A stretch of DNA of 64,000 nucleotides from Convolutriloba macropyga (lineage: Eukaryota): the NCBI RefSeq assembly GCF_964194025.1, contig NC_134468.1, forward strand, positions 27,404,001 to 27,468,000, given 5' to 3'. Positions 28,020 to 41,903 of this stretch are shown here, piece by piece. Made by a program: the position numbers and the translations under genes. The notes under the pieces are model-generated. The model was not told where the DNA came from, made no database searches, and saw only the letters and a list, made by a program, of their open reading frames with translations. Numbering within the stretch: position 1 is the first letter of the stretch; every line of letters starts with the position of its first letter.

Positions 28020-31000
28020 TGAGAAAGAGAAAAGAGAGAAGAAAGAAACGAAAGAGAAAAGACAGAGGAAAGAGAGAAAACTAACGCAGAAAAAAATAAC
28101 AGGAGAGATGAGCAAAAGAGAGAAAAGGAGAGAAAACAGAAAAAAAAACAGAACAGAAGAGAAAAGACAGAGAAACAAAACACAAAAAAGACAAATGACA
28201 AATAAACGTGAGAAAAGAGAAAAAGAAGCGAAAAAAAAGAAAACCAAGACAAAAGAAAAAGAGAAAAGAAAGAGTAAAGAAAGAGAGAAAAAAGAAATCG
28301 AGAAAAGAAAGACAAGAAAAGCAAAAAAGAGAAAAGCAAAAAGAGAAAACAGAGAAAACCGAGAGAAAAGGAGAGACAGAAAAAATCAGAGAGAAAAGAA
28401 CAGGAAAAAAGAGATGAAATAGAAAAAAAGAGAGAAAAGACAGAGAAAAGCAGAAAAAGAAAAAAGAAAAGCGAGAAAAGAGAGAAGAGAGAAAAAAGGA
28501 AAGAAAAAAGACAGGAAAAAAAACAGAAAAGAAACGATAGAGAAAAAAGAAAGAAACGAAAGAAGAAAGAAAGAAAAAGGAAGGCAAAAGAAAAAGAAGA
28601 GAAATGAAAAAGAAAAAGAGAAGCAGAAAAGAAGACGAAAACGACATAAAGAAAAATGAGAAAAGCCAGACAGAAAACAGAGGGAGAAAAGAAAGAGAGA
28701 ATGGCAGAAAGGAAAAAGAAACGCAAGAGAAAGGAAAAACAGAAATGAAGGAGAAAAGAAAACCCTAACGAAAAACGAAAGAGAGGAACCAAAGAGAGGA
28801 ACAAACGAGAGAAGAATTAGAAAGAAAGGCAAAAAAAGAACAGAAGGGAAAAAGAGAGAAGAATGAAAAAATGAGAAAGAGAAACGAAAAAGAGAAAGGC
28901 AGAAAAAAAATAGAAAACAGAGGAAACGAAAGAGAAAAGTCAGCAAAAGAAAAGAGCAGAAAAGGGACAGGGAAAAAAGAGAAACAAAAGACACAAATGA
29001 GAAAAGCGAAGAGAAAAGCAAGTGAGAGAAGAAAGACAGAAAAGAAAGAGAAAAACAAGATATAAAAAAGAAAGAAAGTAAGAGAAAAGAAAGCGAAAGG
29101 AAGGAGAGAAACGAAATAGAAAAGAGACTGAAAAGAAAGACCGAAAGGAAAGAAAAAACAAGAGAGAAAAGGAAAGAAAAAAGACAGAAAAGAAAAGGCA
29201 GACAAATGAAAAAGAAAATACAAAAATAAAGGGAAACGGAGAAATGAAAGCGAAAAGCAATTCGGAAAAGAAAAATTCAGAACAAAAATGAAAGAAAGAA
29301 AAGAAAAAGAAAGGCAGAAAAAAGGAGATAAAGAGAAAAGAAGGCAACAATGGAAAGAAGAAAGGATTAAAAGAAAAAAGAAAAAGAGAAAAGAAGGACG
29401 GAAACGAATGACAGAAAAGAAAGTGAAAAGCAAAACAGAAAAGAAAGAGAGAAAACGAAGAAGAAGGGCTGACAAGAAAGCTAAAAGCTAGAGACAAAGA
29501 AAAAACAGAAAGGAAAGAGAAAATAGCAAACAATTGAAGAAAAACCTAAAAAGGGAACGAAAGAGAAGAATGGGAGAGAAAGGTAAAAAACGAAAAGAAC
29601 GAGAATAGAAGGTGAAAAAAAAAGAGAAAGTAAACAAACAAAAGAGAAGAAAGCCAGAAAGGCAAAAGCGAAAAGAACACAACACAAAGAGGGAAGAGCA
29701 AAGAAATACAGCAACGAAAGACAGGAAAGAGAAAACCAAGAGAGAAAAGAGAAAAGAAAGACAGCAAAGAAGAAGATAAAAAATAGACGAAAACGAAAGA
29801 GAAAAGAAAGCGAAAGGAAGGAGAGAAACGAAATAGAAAAGAGACTGAAAAGAAAGTCCGAAAGGAAAGAAAAAACAAGAGAGAAAAGGAAAGAAAAAAG
29901 ACAGAAAAGAAAAGGCAGACAAATGAAAAAGAAAATACAAAAATAAAGGGAAACGGAGAAATGAAAGCGAAAAGCAATTCGGAAAAGAAAAATTCAGAAC
30001 AAAAATGAAAGAAAGAAAAGAAAAAGAAAGGCAGAAAAAAGGAGATAAAGAGAAAACAAGGGAACAATGGAAAGAAGAAAGGATTAAAAGAAAAAAGAAA
30101 AAGAGAAAAGAAGGACGGAAACGAATGACAGAAAAGAAAGTGAAAAGCAAAACAGAAAAGAAAGAGAGAAAACGAAGAAGGGCTGACAAGAAAGCTAAAA
30201 GCTAGAGACAAAGAAAAAACAGAAAGGAAAGAGAAAATAGCAAACAATTGAAGAAAAACCTAAAAAGGGAACGAAAGAGAAGAATGGGAGAGAAAGGTAA
30301 AAAACGAAAAGAACGAGAATAGAAGGTGAAAAAAAGAGAAAGTAAACAAACAAAAGAGAAGAAAGCCAGAAAGGCAAAAGCGAAAAGAACACAACATAAA
30401 GAGGGAAGAGCAACGAAAGACAGGAAAGAGAAAACCAAGAGAGAAAAGAGAAAAGAAAGACAGCAAAGAAGAAGATAAAAAATAGACGAAAACGAAAGAG
30501 AAAAGAAAGCGAAAGGAAGGAGAGAAACGAAATAGAAAAGAGACTGAAAAGAAAGACCGAAAGGAAAGAAAAAACAAGAGAGAAAAGGAAAGAAAAAAGA
30601 CAGAAAAGAAAAGGCAGACAAATGAAAAAGAAAATACAAAAATAAAGGGAAACGGAGAAATGAAAGCGAAAAGCAATTCGGAAAAGAAAAATTCAGAACA
30701 AAAATGAAAGAAAGAAAAGAAAAAGAAAGGCAGAAAAAAGGAGATAAAGAGAAAAGAAGGCAACAATGGAAAGAAGAAAGGATTAAAAGAAAAAAGAAAA
30801 AGAGAAAAGAAGGACGGAAACGAATGACAGAAAAGAAAGTGAAAAGCAAAACAGAAAAGAAAGAGAGAAAACGAAGAAGAAGGGCTGACAAGAAAGCTAA
30901 AAGCTAGAGACAAAGAAAAAACAGAAAGGAAAGAGAAAATAGCAAACAATTGAAGAAAAACCTAAAAAGGGAACGAAAGAGAAGAATGGGAGAGAAAGGT

Positions 31001-34000
31001 AAAAAACGAAAAGAACGAGAATAGAAGGTGAAAAAAAAGAGAAAGTTAACAAACAAAAGAGAAGAAAGCCAGAAAGGCAAAAGCGAAAAGAACACAACAT
31101 AAAGAGGGAAGAGCAAAGAAATACAGCAACGAAAGACAGGAAAGAGAAAACCAAGAGAGAAAAGAGGAAAGAAAGACAGCAAAGAAGAAGATAAAAAATA
31201 GACGAAAACGAAAGAGAAAAGAAAGCGAAAGGAAGGAGAGAAACGAAATAGAAAAGAGACTGAAAAGAAAGACCGAAAGGAAAGAAAAAACAAGAGAGAA
31301 AAGGAAAGAAAAAAGACGGAAAAGAAAAGGCAGACAAATGAAAAAGAAAATACAAAAATAAAGGGAAACGGAGAAATGAAAGCGAAAAGCAATTCGGAAA
31401 AGAAAAATTCAGAACAAAAATGAAAGAAAGAAAAGAAAAAGAAAGGCAGAAAAGAAGGAGATAAAGAGAAAAGAAGGCAACAATGGAAAAAAGAAAGGAT
31501 TAAAAGAAAAAAAAAGAGAAAAGAAGGACGGAAACGAATGACAGAAAAGAAAGTGAAAAGCAAAACAGGAAAGAGAGAAAACGAAGAAGAAGGGCTGACA
31601 AGAAAGCTAAAAGCTAGAGACAAAGAAAAAACAGGAAGGAAAGAGAAAATAGCAAACAATTGAAGAAAAACCTTAAAAGGGAACGAAAGAGAAGAATGGG
31701 AGAGGAAGGTAAAAAACGAAAAGAACGAGAATAGAAGGTGAAAAAAAAGAGAAAGTAAACAAACAAAAGAGAAGAAAGCCAGAAAGGCAAAAGCGAAAAG
31801 AACACAACATAAAGAGGGAAGAGCAAAGAAATACAGCAATGAAAGACAGGAAAGAGAAAACCAAGAGAGAAAAGAGAAAAGAAAGACAGCAAAGAAGAAG
31901 ATAAAAAATAGACGAAAACGAAAGAGAAAAGAAAGCGAAAAGAAAAGAAAAGGAGAGAAGAAGACAGAAAATATAGAAAGGCATCGAAACGAAAGAAAAT
32001 AATGAAAAAGAGTAGAGAAAGCGAGAAAAGCAAATGAGAAATGAAGAGAATAGGGAAAGAAGAGAAAAGCAAGAGAGAAAGGCAGAAATAAAAGACAGAA
32101 TAGAAAGAGAAAACAAAACTATACAGAGAAAAGAGACAGAAACGAAAGATAGAGAAAGAAGAAAGAGAAAAAAATGCAGAAGAAACTCAGAACAGAAAGA
32201 GAAAAGCAAAAGAAAGAAAAAAGGGAAAGGAAAGCAAAAAGAACGAAAACCTGAAGAAGAAAATGAAAGAGAAGAAGGAAGAAAAAGTAAGAAGGATTAG
32301 AAAAAGAGGCAAAAAAAGAAAAAAAGAATAGAAGAAACCGAAAAAACAAAGAAACAAAAGAGAAAAAAGGCAGAAAAAAGAAGAGAAAAGAGAAAAGAAA
32401 CAAAAGAGAAAAGAAAAGAAAAAGAGAAGCAAAAGCGAAGAGAGACAGAAAAGAACGAGAAAGAAACGAGAGAGAGGAGAGAAAAAACACAAAAAAAACA
32501 GAAAAGAGAAGAAACTAAGAAAAAAAGAAGATAAGGAGAGAAAACAAAGCGAGAAAAGCAAATCAGAAAAGAAGAAAAGAAAGTGAAGAGAAACGCAGAA
32601 TACAAATGGCGAGAAAAAAGACAGAAAAGAAAGAGAAAATGAAACATACAGAGAAAAAAACGAAAGATAGAGAAAGAAGAGAAAAGCGAGAAAACAAAAG
32701 GCAGAAGAAAGGCAGAAAAAAGGAGAAAAACAGAAATGAGAGCGAGAAAAAAACAAGAAAGAGATAAAAGAAAGGTAGAAGAAGAGAAGAAAGAGAACAG
32801 AAAAAAGAGACAAAAGACAGAAAAGAAAGAAAAGCCAGAGAGAAATAAGAGAGAAAAGAAAGAGCGAAAAGAAAGTAAAGGCAGAAAAGAAAGAGAGGAA
32901 AAAAGGGAAAGAGGAAAAGAAAGACAGGAACGAAAGACAGAAAAGAAAGAGAGAAGCGAGAGAGGAGAGAGAGGAAATAATGAGAAAGAACGAGAAACTG
33001 AAGCGAGAAACGAGAGAGAAGAAGAAAAGAGGGCAAAAAGAATGAGAAACGCAGAAAAAAAACAGAAAACAAAGCGAGAAACGAAAGACAAAAAAGAGAG
33101 AAGCGAGAGAGAAGAAAAATGAGAAAGAACGAAAAACTGAAGCGAGAAACGAAAGAAGAACAAAAGAGGGCAAAAAGAATGAGAAAGCAGAAAAAAGAAC
33201 AAAAACAAAGCGAGAAACTAAAGAGGGAAGAGAACAAGACAAAACAAAGACAAAAGAAAAACCGACAGGAAATACAGAAAAGAGAGAAAAGCAAGACAGC
33301 AAAGCAAGAGATAAACGAAAGAGTGAAAAAAAAAGATGAGAAAAGACAGACATAAAAGTGAAAAAAAAGAGAATAGAAAGAGAAAAGAAAGAAAAGAGCA
33401 AAGAAAGACAGAAAAGAAAGAGAAAAGGTAAGAGCAAAGAAAGCGAAAAGAAAGAAAGAAGCCAAAGAAAAGAGAGACAGATAAAAAAGAGAGAAATGAG
33501 AGACAAAATACAGAAAAAGACAAAAGAGAGAAAAGACAGAAGCTAAAAAAAGAACTGAAAAAGATAAGGAGAGAAAAGAAAGCGAGAAAAGCAAATCAGA
33601 AAAGAAGGAAAAAGAAAAGAAAAACAGGATACAAATGGAAAGAAAAATCGAGAAAAGAAAAAAAAGAAACAATACCGAGAAAAGAGAAAGAAACGAAAGA
33701 TAAAGAAGAGAAAAGCAAGAAAAGAAAAAGCAGAAAAAATAGAAAAACAGAAATGAGAGCGAGAGAAAAAAGAAGAAAGAGATAAAAGAAAGGTAGAAGA
33801 AGAGAAGAAAGAGAACAGAAAAAAGAGACAAAAGACAGAAAAGAAAGAAAAGCCAGAGAGAAAAATAAGAGATAAAAGCAAGAGAGAAAAGAAAGAAACA
33901 AAAGAAAGGAAAGGCAGAAAAGAAGGACAGGAAAAAGGGAAAGAGCAAAAGAAAGACAGCAACAAAAGACAGAAAAGAAAGAGAGAAGTGAGAGAGAAGA

Positions 34001-37000
34001 GAGAAAAATGAGAAAGAACCAGAAACTGAAGCAAGAAACGAGAGAGAAGAACAAAAGAAGGCAAAAAAATGAGAAAGGCAGAAAAAAGAACAGAAAAGAA
34101 AGCCAGCAAAGAAAGACGGAAGAGAAAAAGACAAAACAAAGACCAAAGACAGAGAAGGAAATAGACAGGAAATACCAACAGACAGGAAATACCGAAAAGA
34201 CAGAGAAGCAAGACATAAAAGCAAGAGATAAACGAAAGAGAGAAAAGATAGAAGAGAAAAAGAGAGAGAGAAAACAGGGAAAAAATAGAATAGAAAGAGA
34301 AAAGAAAAAGAAAGAAAAGAAAGACAACAGAAAATAGCAACAAAGAAAAAAGTCAAAAAAGAAACGAGAAACTAAAGTGTAGCGAACGAGGAACGAAAGA
34401 GAAAAAAGAATGAGAGAAAGAAAGACAGATAAAAAAGAACAGAAAAGGAAGAAATATAGAAAAGAGAGAACAAGTAAAGACAAAAGGGGGAGAATAAAGA
34501 GCGAGAGAGAAAAGAGATACAAAAAAGAACGGAAAGAGAAACAATAACAAAAGACAAAAGAAAGAGAAAAGCGAAAGAGAGAAAAGAAAGAGAAAGGCAG
34601 AAATTAGGAGAGAAGAAAGAGAAAAAAAGACACAAAAGAAAGAGAGAAGCGAGAGAGAAGAGAGAGAAAAATGAGAAAGAACGAGAAACTGAAGCGAGAA
34701 ACGAGAGAGAAGAAAAGAGGGCAAAAAGAATAAGAAACGAAAAAAGAACAGAAAACAAAGCGCGAAATGAAAGACAGAAAAGAAAGACAGAAACGAGAGA
34801 AGAGAGAAAAAAATGAGAAAGAACGAGAAACAGGAGAGAAGAATAAAAGAGGGCAAAAAGAATGAGAAAGGCAGAAAAAAGAACAGAAAACAAAGCGAGA
34901 AACGAAAGACAAAAAAAAGAGAGAAGCGAGAGAGAAGAGAGAAAAATGAGAAAGAACGAGAAACTGAAGCGAGATACGAGAGAGAAGAAGAAAAGAGGGC
35001 AAAAAGAATGAGACACACAAAAAAGAACAGAAAAGAAAGCGAGCAAATAAAGACGGAAGAGAAAAAGACAAAACAAAGGCCAAAGAAAGACAGACAGGAA
35101 ATACTGAAAAGAGAGAAGCAAGACATAAAAGCAAGAAGCAAGAGATAAACGAAAGAGAGAAAAGATAGAAGAGAAAGACAGACAGGAGAAAACTGGAAAA
35201 AAAAGAGAATAGAAAGAGAAAAGAAAGAAAAAGAAAGGAGAAAAGAAAGACAACAGAAAAAAGCAACAAAGAAAAAAAGTCAAAAAAGAAACCAGAAACT
35301 AAAGTGCAGCGAACGAGGAACGAAAGAGAAAAACGAATGAAAAAAAGAAAGACAGATAAAAAGAACAGAAAAGAAAGAAATATAGAAAAGAAAAAACAAG
35401 TAAAGAGAAAGGGGGAGAAAAAAGAGCGAAAGAGAGAAAAGAGATACAAAAAAAACGGAAAGAGAAACAATATACAAAAGACAAAAGAAAGAGAAAAGCG
35501 AAAGAGAGAAAAGAAAGAGAAAGGCAGAAAACAGGAGAGAAGAAAGAGAAAAGAAAGACAGAAAAGAAAGAGACAATAGAAAAAAGTAACAAGACAGATA
35601 AGAGAGAAAAGACAGAGAAACGAAAGAACGAAACGCAAGAAAGAACAAAGACAACTGAAAAACAGAAAAGAAAACAAAGAGAGAAAAGAAAGAGAAAAGC
35701 AAGAGAGTAAAGAAAGACACGAAAAAAAGAAAAGCCGAAAAGAAGGATAGAAAAAAGAGGAAAGAGAAAAGAGAAAGACAAACGAAAAACAGAAAAGGCA
35801 GACAGGAAAAACAGAAAAGAGAAAAAAGCAAGAGAGAAAAGCAAGAGAAACGAAAGAGAGAAAAGAAAGAAGAGAACAGACAGACAGAAGATAACAGAAA
35901 AAAAACGAATAAAAAGAGAAAAGAAAGCAACAGAACGGAGAAAAGAAAGAAACGAAAGACAGAAAAGAAAGCGAGAAAAGAAAGACGAAAGAGAAAAAAA
36001 ACAAAAGAAAGGGAAAAGAAAGACAAAAAACACAGACAGAAACAGAAAATAGAGAAAAGCAAGGGATAATCGAAAGAGAAAATAGAAAGAAACAGAATGA
36101 AAAGAAAGAAACAGAAGGGAGAACAATTCAGAAAAGAAAAAGAAAAGCAAGAGAGAAAAGAGCGACAGAAAAAAAACAGAGAAAGGAACGACAGAAAAGA
36201 ATGAGAAAAGCAAAAAAGAACAACAGAAAGGAAAAAAGATACGAGAAACTAAATAGAAGCGGAAGAGGAACAAAGCGAAAAAAGAATGAGAAAAAGAAAG
36301 ACATAAAAGAACAGAAAAGAAAGAGAGAGATAGAGAGAAAAGAAAGAAAAAGACAAAAGAGAGAAAAGACAGAAAAGGAATACAGAAAACAAAAAGAAAA
36401 GCCAAAGGCAGACAGAAAAAAGCAACAGAAAAGCACGACAGAAAAGAAAGAAAAGCAAAAAAGAAAAACAGAAAGGAAAAGAAGATGCGAGAAACGAAAG
36501 AGAAGCGGAAGAGGAACAAAGAGAGAAAAAAGAAAAAAAGAGAGAAAAGACAGAGAAACGAAAGAAAAAGATAAAAACAAATGAAAAGACAGAAAAGAAA
36601 AAGCAAAAAGAAGAAAGAGAGAAAAGAAAAAACGAAAGAGAAAGGTAGAAAAGAAGAACAGAAAAAAAGAAAAGAAAGACCAACGAAAGACAGAAAAGAC
36701 AGTCCGGAAATACAGAAAAGAGAGAGAAAAGCAAGAGATAAACGAAAGAGAAAAGAAAGAAGAGACCAGACAGACACAAGAAAACCGAAAAAAAAGCGAA
36801 TAGAAGGACAAGAAAGAAACAGAAGGGAGAAAAGAGACAGAAATGAAAGACAGAAAAGAAAGCGAGAAAAGAAAGACGGAAGAGAAAACAAAAAGAGAAA
36901 GGAAAGACAAAAAAGACAGACATGAAATACAGAAAAGAGAATGAAAAGCAAGAGAAAAAGCAGGAGATAATCGAAACAGAGAAAAGAAAGAAGAAAATAC

Positions 37001-37485
37001 ACAGACAGACGAAAACAACAAAAAAAATCGAATAGAAAGAGAAAAGAATCAAAAGCGAAAAAGGACAGACAGAAAAAAAAGAGAAAAGCAAGAGAGAAAA
37101 GAAAGACAGAAAAAAAGCATCAGAGAAAAGAACGACTGAAAAGAAAGAGAAAAGCAAAAGAAGAAAAACAGAAGGGAAAAAAGATACGATAAACTCCAGA
37201 CAAGCGGAAGAGAAACAAAGAGAAAAAAGAATGAGAAAAAGAAAGACAGACAAAAAGAACAGGAAAGAGAGAGAAAGAGAAAAAAAGATGAAAGAAAAAA
37301 AACAAAAGATAAAAGACAGAAAAAGAATACAGAAAAGAAAGAAAGAAAAGCGAAAGAGAGGGAGAAACAAAAGAGCGAAAGAAAAAAGAATGACAGAAAG
37401 AAACAGAAAAACGAAAGAGAGAGAAGATATACAGAAAAAGACAGAAGAAAGAAAAGAAAAGACAGAAGAAAGAGAAAAGAAATCG
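28020..37485 (+). repeat. ~9.5 kb A/G-rich low-complexity tract in HYDIN intron 2
   Basis: Plus strand is overwhelmingly A and G, built from short words such as gagaaa, gacagaaaa and aacgaaa. Sharp boundaries. Confidence 0.97.
29070..31940. repeat. Four near-identical ~700-717 bp tandem units inside the purine tract
   Basis: gaaaggaaggagagaaacgaaatagaaaagagactg recurs about every 700-717 bp. Matching ORF starts at 29288, 30005 and 30704. Confidence 0.92.
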
Positions 37486-37724
37486 CAACAACCTTTGTTG
37501 AGGATTTAAAAAAGCTACACAAAATCTTGACCTTGTTGCATTTCTATCTAGGTGATTTAAATTTCTTTATTTTTTTATCATTTAAATGGACAATTTTTCA
37601 TCTCCGATTACATTTCTGACATTTACATAAAGAACCTTTATTCTGTCAATATCTGTGATGCATCGCACATGTCAAGGACTGTTTTCGTGTGACAAAATTT
37701 TCGGCGATGGAATAATTTTTTTAT

Positions 37725-38090
37725 AAGCAGGTTTTCAGTCATTGACCTATTTTTGCACCCGCAGTGTTTCGGTCGTTGACCTTTTTGGTACAGGCAGGTT
37801 TTCGGACATTGGCAGATTTTCGTTCAATGCCCTATTTTTGCATCTACGGCTAATCATTCATTGATCTTTACGGCATAGGTAGCTTTTCAGTCATTGACCT
37901 ATTCTTGCATCCGCAGTTTTTCGGTCGTTGACCTTTTTGGCACAGGCAGCTTTTCGGACATTGGCAGCTTTTCGGTCAATGACCTATTTTTGCATCCAGG
38001 GCTAATCAGTCATTGACCTTTACGGCATAGGTAGCCTTTCGGTCAAAGACTATTCTGGCAATGGCAAGTTTTCGGTCATTGACCTTTTTC
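37725..38090. repeat. Minisatellite (ttttcggtcattgacct-type subunits, ~150-bp higher-order unit)
   Basis: About ten degenerate ttttc(a/g)g(t/a)c(a/g)ttg(a/g)c motifs. The block at ~37730 repeats at ~37880. Confidence 0.75.
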
Positions 38091-38189
38091 AAAAGGCATG
38101 CAAAACGCTGTGGCGCATGTCTCAGGGGCCTTACAACATGTGAAGATTAGGAGCATAAAGATGGTGATAGAGATGCTTTTCAGCAAAGG

Positions 38190-38268
38190 ATTTAGCCTAG
38201 TGGTTAGCGAACGTTTTTATACCCTGATTGAACTCAACAGACCCCGGTTCGAATCCACCTCGCAGCAC
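38190..38268 (+). other. tRNA-derived relic or SINE head between two ~85-bp direct repeats
   Basis: Box A TAGCCTAGTGG (38193-38203) and box B GGTTCGAATCC (38246-38256). Flanking repeats at ~38094-38176 and ~38272-38356. Confidence 0.55.
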
Positions 38269-38380
38269 TCAAAATGCATGCAAAACGCTAGGCTGCATGT
38301 TTAAGGGACGCTAAAACATGTGAAGATTAGGAGCTTCAACATGGTGACATAGCATTCGAGTTAGAATTAATATATAGATG

Positions 38381-38795
38381 GGATCTTTTCTGCTAGCGCC
38401 CCCCGCTTAGTTAGGCACCCCCCATTTATAACTGTGTAAACATATTGTTAAAGCTAAGTAATCTTTTACGTGAACATATATGAGCAATATGCATTTACTA
38501 AAAGCTAGCACAGCTATGGTTTGAAAGTATTACGTATTCAACCAAAATTTGTTGCATATAACGTAAGCATCAATACAAATTTATGTATTAGATCATTTTT
38601 TGTGTTATCGGCTACAACAAGGGCTTGAATTTTTAAAACTTTTTAAGGAAACTATTCTGAAAGTGCCTTCAATCTACCTAGACACATGTTTCAATGAATT
38701 GCAAATATTGCTCTTACAATTCGCGAAAAATTAGATTTTGGGGGGTGTAAATTTATCGGCTATGTAAGGCTGGGGGGCGCTGGCAGAAAAGATCC
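38381..38795. mobile_element. MITE-like element with ~24-bp TIRs
   Basis: ggatcttttctgctagcgcccccc ... ggggggcgctggcagaaaagatcc, one mismatch. TSD not evident. Confidence 0.75.
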
Positions 38796-38838
38796 AAATT
38801 TTCATATACAGTTTTACTGGTTTCTGTATTATTTTTAG

Positions 38839-38940
38839 AATTGTGGCGTACCCTTAGACGAGCCTTTGTTCCAACCCTTCCCCAGTGAGATTATCTACCA
38901 GAAGTTTGAGCCATGCAAAGTCTACGAGCAAAGTTTACAG
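38839..38940 (+). CDS. HYDIN: HYDIN exon 3
   Basis: LDEPLFQPFPSEIIYQKFEPCKVYE matches HYDIN LDQALFQPFPSEIIFQNYTPCEVYE. tag/gtaag boundaries. Confidence 0.95.
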
Positions 38941-41780
38941 GTAAGTTGACTGCACTATTAATTAACATTTAGCGTACAATGAAAAGCCTAATGATGAAAT
39001 TAATTCGGCTGTGTATTATGAGCTTATTTTAAAATACAAAAATTGCTGCCTGTCTAATATTTTGCATATTTCAAGGAATTTTTAATATTTATTCTTCCGA
39101 CCCACTTTAGTGGGGGAAGAACTATAAACTCAAATGGGTTTTTTTGTTTAGTTAATTTTTGCCGATCGATATAATCATCGTACAGAATTGTGACTGGTAT
39201 CATGGAAAACCCGTCCAGCATAGAATATAGAATTTATATTTTTTAAATTTCGCTTTTTACAGGGTGTTAACGAGATTTTAAGTTTTGTGAACATTCGGTC
39301 GAATTACGTTGCTTCCGTTCAAATTGTCCGTAAATTTTGTCCCAATTTTTGTCAGTTTTGCTAAAAATATGTCAAAAATTGTAAACGGTAGTGTTATTGG
39401 TTTTATGTTTAAAGATAGAGGAGGGTTGCTGGATTGTTCCATCCGAGTTTTTAGCTAGAATTTATGCTAAATTGTTCATAATTCAAATTTTTTTGTTAAA
39501 AATGGGACCAAATATGCTTTTTGTAGTCCATTTTTTTAAAAAATAATTGGAAGTAGACACCTAAAAAAATTGATTACAGAAAAATTTCGTTTTTTTTTGG
39601 TATACTGAAAAATTTCGTTTAAAAATTGATCTACTTCGCAACCATTTCAATAATCAAGTCTTTTGATAGATGAGTGGCAATATAGAATATCAGGGCTGAT
39701 CTTAATCTCACAATGAATCTTAACTGTAAAAAATTCTAAATTTTAATGGGCGTGGTCTTTTTTTTAAATATTTCCGCATTTATAATTATTTATGTAAATA
39801 CTGACAAGAATTTCAAATCAGGGCTCAATTATTGACAGATACTGTTTTCAAAAAATGAGAACCAACGAAGAAATTTTATGGTTTCAGATTTAAGCTAATT
39901 GTTTTAATGGCTCTGACCAAATGTTTGGTCAATTTTTCCGGACTTCTTATTTTTTGCTTTTATTTGTTATTCATTTTGTAGTCCATTGACTTAGTCTTCC
40001 CAATCAGTGATTCAATTGGACTCTTCGGGAGGTGTAAGTGAAGCTTTCAACTTTTACCTAAGGTCTCTGTTGACTTTGAATATATTTGTTTTAAGGAAAA
40101 GTTGATGAATTTTTGAACTTTGCCAATATTTAATCTTATTTCTCTCAAGTTCTGGAGTAGTACCAGTAAATACAGGCAAAACGCATTTCCTGTGAGTTAT
40201 AAATTAAGGCCGGCAATGGCTTTGTATTTAACTAATGGTTTCCTTGTTTTTATACTACGGGTTCTTGATTTTTCTCTCGATATTTGAGAATAATAATAAA
40301 TGTACATTCTAATAGTTAATTTTTGACTGGTCGAATTATCACATTATTGGCATTTTTAACTGAAGGAATGCATAGTTGGTAAATTTCAGAGCGTGACGAG
40401 AATGCGCAACTGAATATGTTAATGGTGTTTGTTGAATAGTTTGTATTTGGCTTAGACATCTTTCTCTCGCAAAATTCAGTGTATTTTTTTTATTTTTGCC
40501 TGTTGTTGTCTTTCTTTTGGTTGCTATATGACATATACCTCTCAGATGCTTCCCAATACAAATAATTGAAACTTTTCGAAGATTTCAGTTTATAAATAAC
40601 TGTTTGAATGACTTTCAATTAATTTTTTTAAAAAACAAAATGAAAGATTTTTTCAACTGTCTCCTTTTTGCTCTTGTTTTTGTCGTCATTTAATTCAACC
40701 TCATTAATAAGAAGTGTCAGCTACTTTTGTTGATTCAAATATTAGTTCCTCTGTTGGTTATATGTTTTGACTGATGGCATCGACCATTTAATTTTATAGA
40801 TCTTTGATTTTTCGATACTTTTCACTGTTTTGGTTTCTTGTTGTCATTTCTACATAGTCCTTTTTCAAGGAAGGCCCGTTGATGTTCAGATGAGAAAGAA
40901 ATGATGACTTTCATTTCTGGCAGATAATATGTTATAATCAACCTTCAACACTGTTGTGTAAAATTGTTTGTGAAGTTTTTGCTTCTGCCTGTTTTTATTT
41001 TGTAGTCTTGTGACTTAGTCTCATTGACAAAAAGCGCATTTGGCTTCCTGAGGTGCTGCAAAGTAATCCATCTCCGATGTCTTATTTCTTTTGAAAATAG
41101 TTGTTTAACGTTTTGGATTTTCGAGCTTCGCAATTTTTTAAAAATAACTTTCGTTTGTTTTGTAGCTTAGTCTCTGTAACGAAATGTCGAAACCCGTTTC
41201 CAGTGAGCTATAATTAAATCTTTATAATGGTTTTAGTTTCAACCATTTGTTTCTCGGCTTTGTTACTGTGAGAGTTCATAAATTGTTTTTGATTTCTATA
41301 TTTGTACATTTTATTGGATTTTTCCTGGCTTTTTGAAATATAACGCTAATGGTAGGTAACATTGGTTTTGCAAAAATTGCGCAATTGAACATTTTGAGGT
41401 TCTTTGTGACAAACTTGTGGCTTCACTACCATTTTCACTAACTTACGGCTTCACTACCATTTTCGTGCAAGTTTATTTGAAACTTTTTTTGCGGTTTTGT
41501 CCTGCTTTTTGTAGTCGTATGACGTACACTGCATAATGATGGGTCGCAATTGCTTCTTATAGAGATATGAATGGACATTTTAGTGATTATAGTTATTATA
41601 TAATAATTTTAATCACTTTGAAATAATTTGTTTTCAGAAATAGATTTTTTTGAACTTCGCCCCTTTTGTCCAGCTGTTATACAGTCGCATTGAGGACAGG
41701 TCCCATATCTTTTCTACTGAAGTATAGGTCAATTTGTTTTGTTTAGGTTTTATCTGACGCGATTTTGATTTTTTTTTATT

Positions 41781-41903
41781 TTTTCCGTTTGTGCCCCCCC
41801 CCCCTCCCAGTACGTTTTGCAACCCCCAATTAGAGAAAACATATCATTACAAAGTAATTTTTGTGAAAATATGGCACTTGCGTCTGGGGGCACAAACGGA
41901 AAA
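41781..41903. repeat. Short inverted repeat (MITE-like remnant)
   Basis: ttttccgtttgtgccccc / gggggcacaaacggaaaa. Confidence 0.65.

Noticed and set aside
27978-37522. Dozens of long F/S/L-rich (minus) and K/R/E-rich (plus) ORFs
   Set aside because: Artefacts of the purine/pyrimidine tract, which rarely forms stop codons. They overlap in all frames and lie in a HYDIN intron.
39093-39122. Hairpin tcttcc..cccact-tt-agtggg..ggaaga, a possible Helitron-type end
   Set aside because: No matching second terminus or other support.
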